DNA of 64,000 bases from the NCBI GenBank assembly GCA_002269645.1, contig NIVC01000625.1, forward strand, positions 248,001-312,000. Reading direction: 5' to 3'. How positions within the stretch are numbered: the stretch's first letter is position 1; every line of letters begins with the position of its first letter. The notes below the pieces were generated by a model that was not told the DNA's origin, searched no databases, and worked only from the letters and a program-made list of their open reading frames with translations. This DNA is from Macrostomum lignano (Eukaryota). Both the position numbers and the translations under genes were made by a program. Below, one piece after another: positions 62,601 through 64,000 of this stretch.

Positions 62601-63317
62601 TGAGTGAATGATATAATCAAGGACCACTAGAAGAAGGACGGGACACTTAGTTTCTTGGAAAATTTATTAAAGGCTGATCTTCTAGTGGTCCTCTCACTTG
62701 GATAAGGATATATATATAATTCGCGCGAGTTTAGAAATGCGTTTTTAAATTGTATCTATGCATTATAGTAGCATAATAAAACAAAGTTAAACTACTTGTT
62801 TGTACACATGTCAAGAAAACAAATAAGTCAAATTTGAAATGGTTAAAAAAATTAACTTCATTGTAAAAATATGAATATTCGGTTAATTTTTCGTGTGAAG
62901 AGTGTGTATTTTAAATATAATTTAGTACCTCATGATTAAAAATCTCACGTACGTACGTCTAACGTCAGTAGTGTGTGCCGTCATATTCATAATATCCTAA
63001 CCTTACTGATGAGATGATTGTAGCTCCTATCCATATCCATGCTACTTTGTGTTCAAAGCTGGAATTGCAGTGATTTCATTTACATTCATACAACAGTGCG
63101 AAAATGATTACCAATGATAAAAAGTCGCTTTCTTTTCTCAGTCCCTCTTGTTGTTGGGCTACTTAAATTTAAAGGTTCGATCAATCATTAAGATAGCAAG
63201 AACTTTTTTTTGTTGGCTAGCCTTCCTTGGGCTTGAAGCTGACTGTATATTGAGATTACGTTCAGCTTTCTCATTGCCTTCGCCCTTATGACAGTCAACT
63301 AGCATCAGCCAGAAAGG

Positions 63318-63656
63318 ATGAATGAGAGCAAGCATAGGCCAAACGGAGAATATGGTTACCATTACCATGCTCCAACAAGTAGCAGAACGAATTTTCGAAA
63401 AGAGCAGAACGCTTCTCTGACAAAATCAACAGAATCTTTTAATAGAGCTTCTGGGCAAAATCAACGCCAAAACACACGCATAAATAATGCTGGAAACAGA
63501 ACAATCCAAGGCTCAGATGAATCTGTGACTGGTATGGCATCTGGTCAAGGCCAAGATTGGTCAAACTCTTCAAAGAAAGGACCATGGAATAAGCAATATT
63601 CACCAAATATTGATACAATTGGCTTAAACCCTACAATGGATACAAAGAAAGAAAAG
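63318..63656 (+). CDS. Possible AT-rich coding exon of an unidentified gene continuing off-window
   Basis: Open frame of 113 Asn/Ser/Gln-rich codons ending AAG|GTAATC (donor-like); no recognisable domain. Confidence 0.35.
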
Positions 63657-64000
63657 GTAATCTTTAAAAAATTAAAGTGAAACTTTCTTTTTATTTCTTT
63701 GTTACTTTGTTACTTTGTTACTTTGTTACTTTGTTTCTTTATAAATTTTTGTTTTATGTTTTCTTTAAAGTTTAAGCAAAGCACAATTCTATTTTGTCTC
63801 CCTTTTGGCCTTGGTTATAAATATTTGTTTTAATCAATGACAATAGTTTTTTTAGTTAATTATATTAAAAATATACATCTATCTTTTTTATAAATTGATA
63901 GATATATAAAAATACACAATCTATAAATATACTAAATCTCTAAGGTTTGTATGCTTGTAGTATTATCTAATTATCACATAAGAAGGACTATAACCTATAC

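Overview
Eukaryotic (animal) genomic DNA. GC-rich spliced exons are separated by introns packed with unrelated minisatellites; this style resembles the flatworm Macrostomum lignano (inference, not verified). Host genes reconstructed by hand: a 4-coumarate-CoA-ligase/luciferase-like acyl-CoA synthetase (-, 3' part off-window), MRPL52 (-), an intronless PHGDH (+), a 5-exon ATP11-type P4-ATPase flippase (-), two tandem RUSF1/C16orf58 paralogs (-), a candidate divergent Cip/Kip CDK inhibitor (-) and a few unidentified exons. Mobile DNA: an apparently intact THAP/P-element transposase in a 4CL-like intron, a decayed Gypsy LTR retrotransposon interrupted by a palindromic MITE, and a complete but inactivated Harbinger. 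The most striking feature is a 9,260-bp near-perfect palindrome (30529-39788) in ATP11 intron 1. It has 4.6-kb arms, a 71-bp hairpin-rich centre, ACTACT...AGTAGT termini, a 6-bp target-site duplication (GAGGTT) and no recognisable gene. Second is an array of 56 tandem copies of an exon/intron junction (5' splice donor) in one RUSF1 paralog. No rRNA, tRNA or CRISPR array was found.
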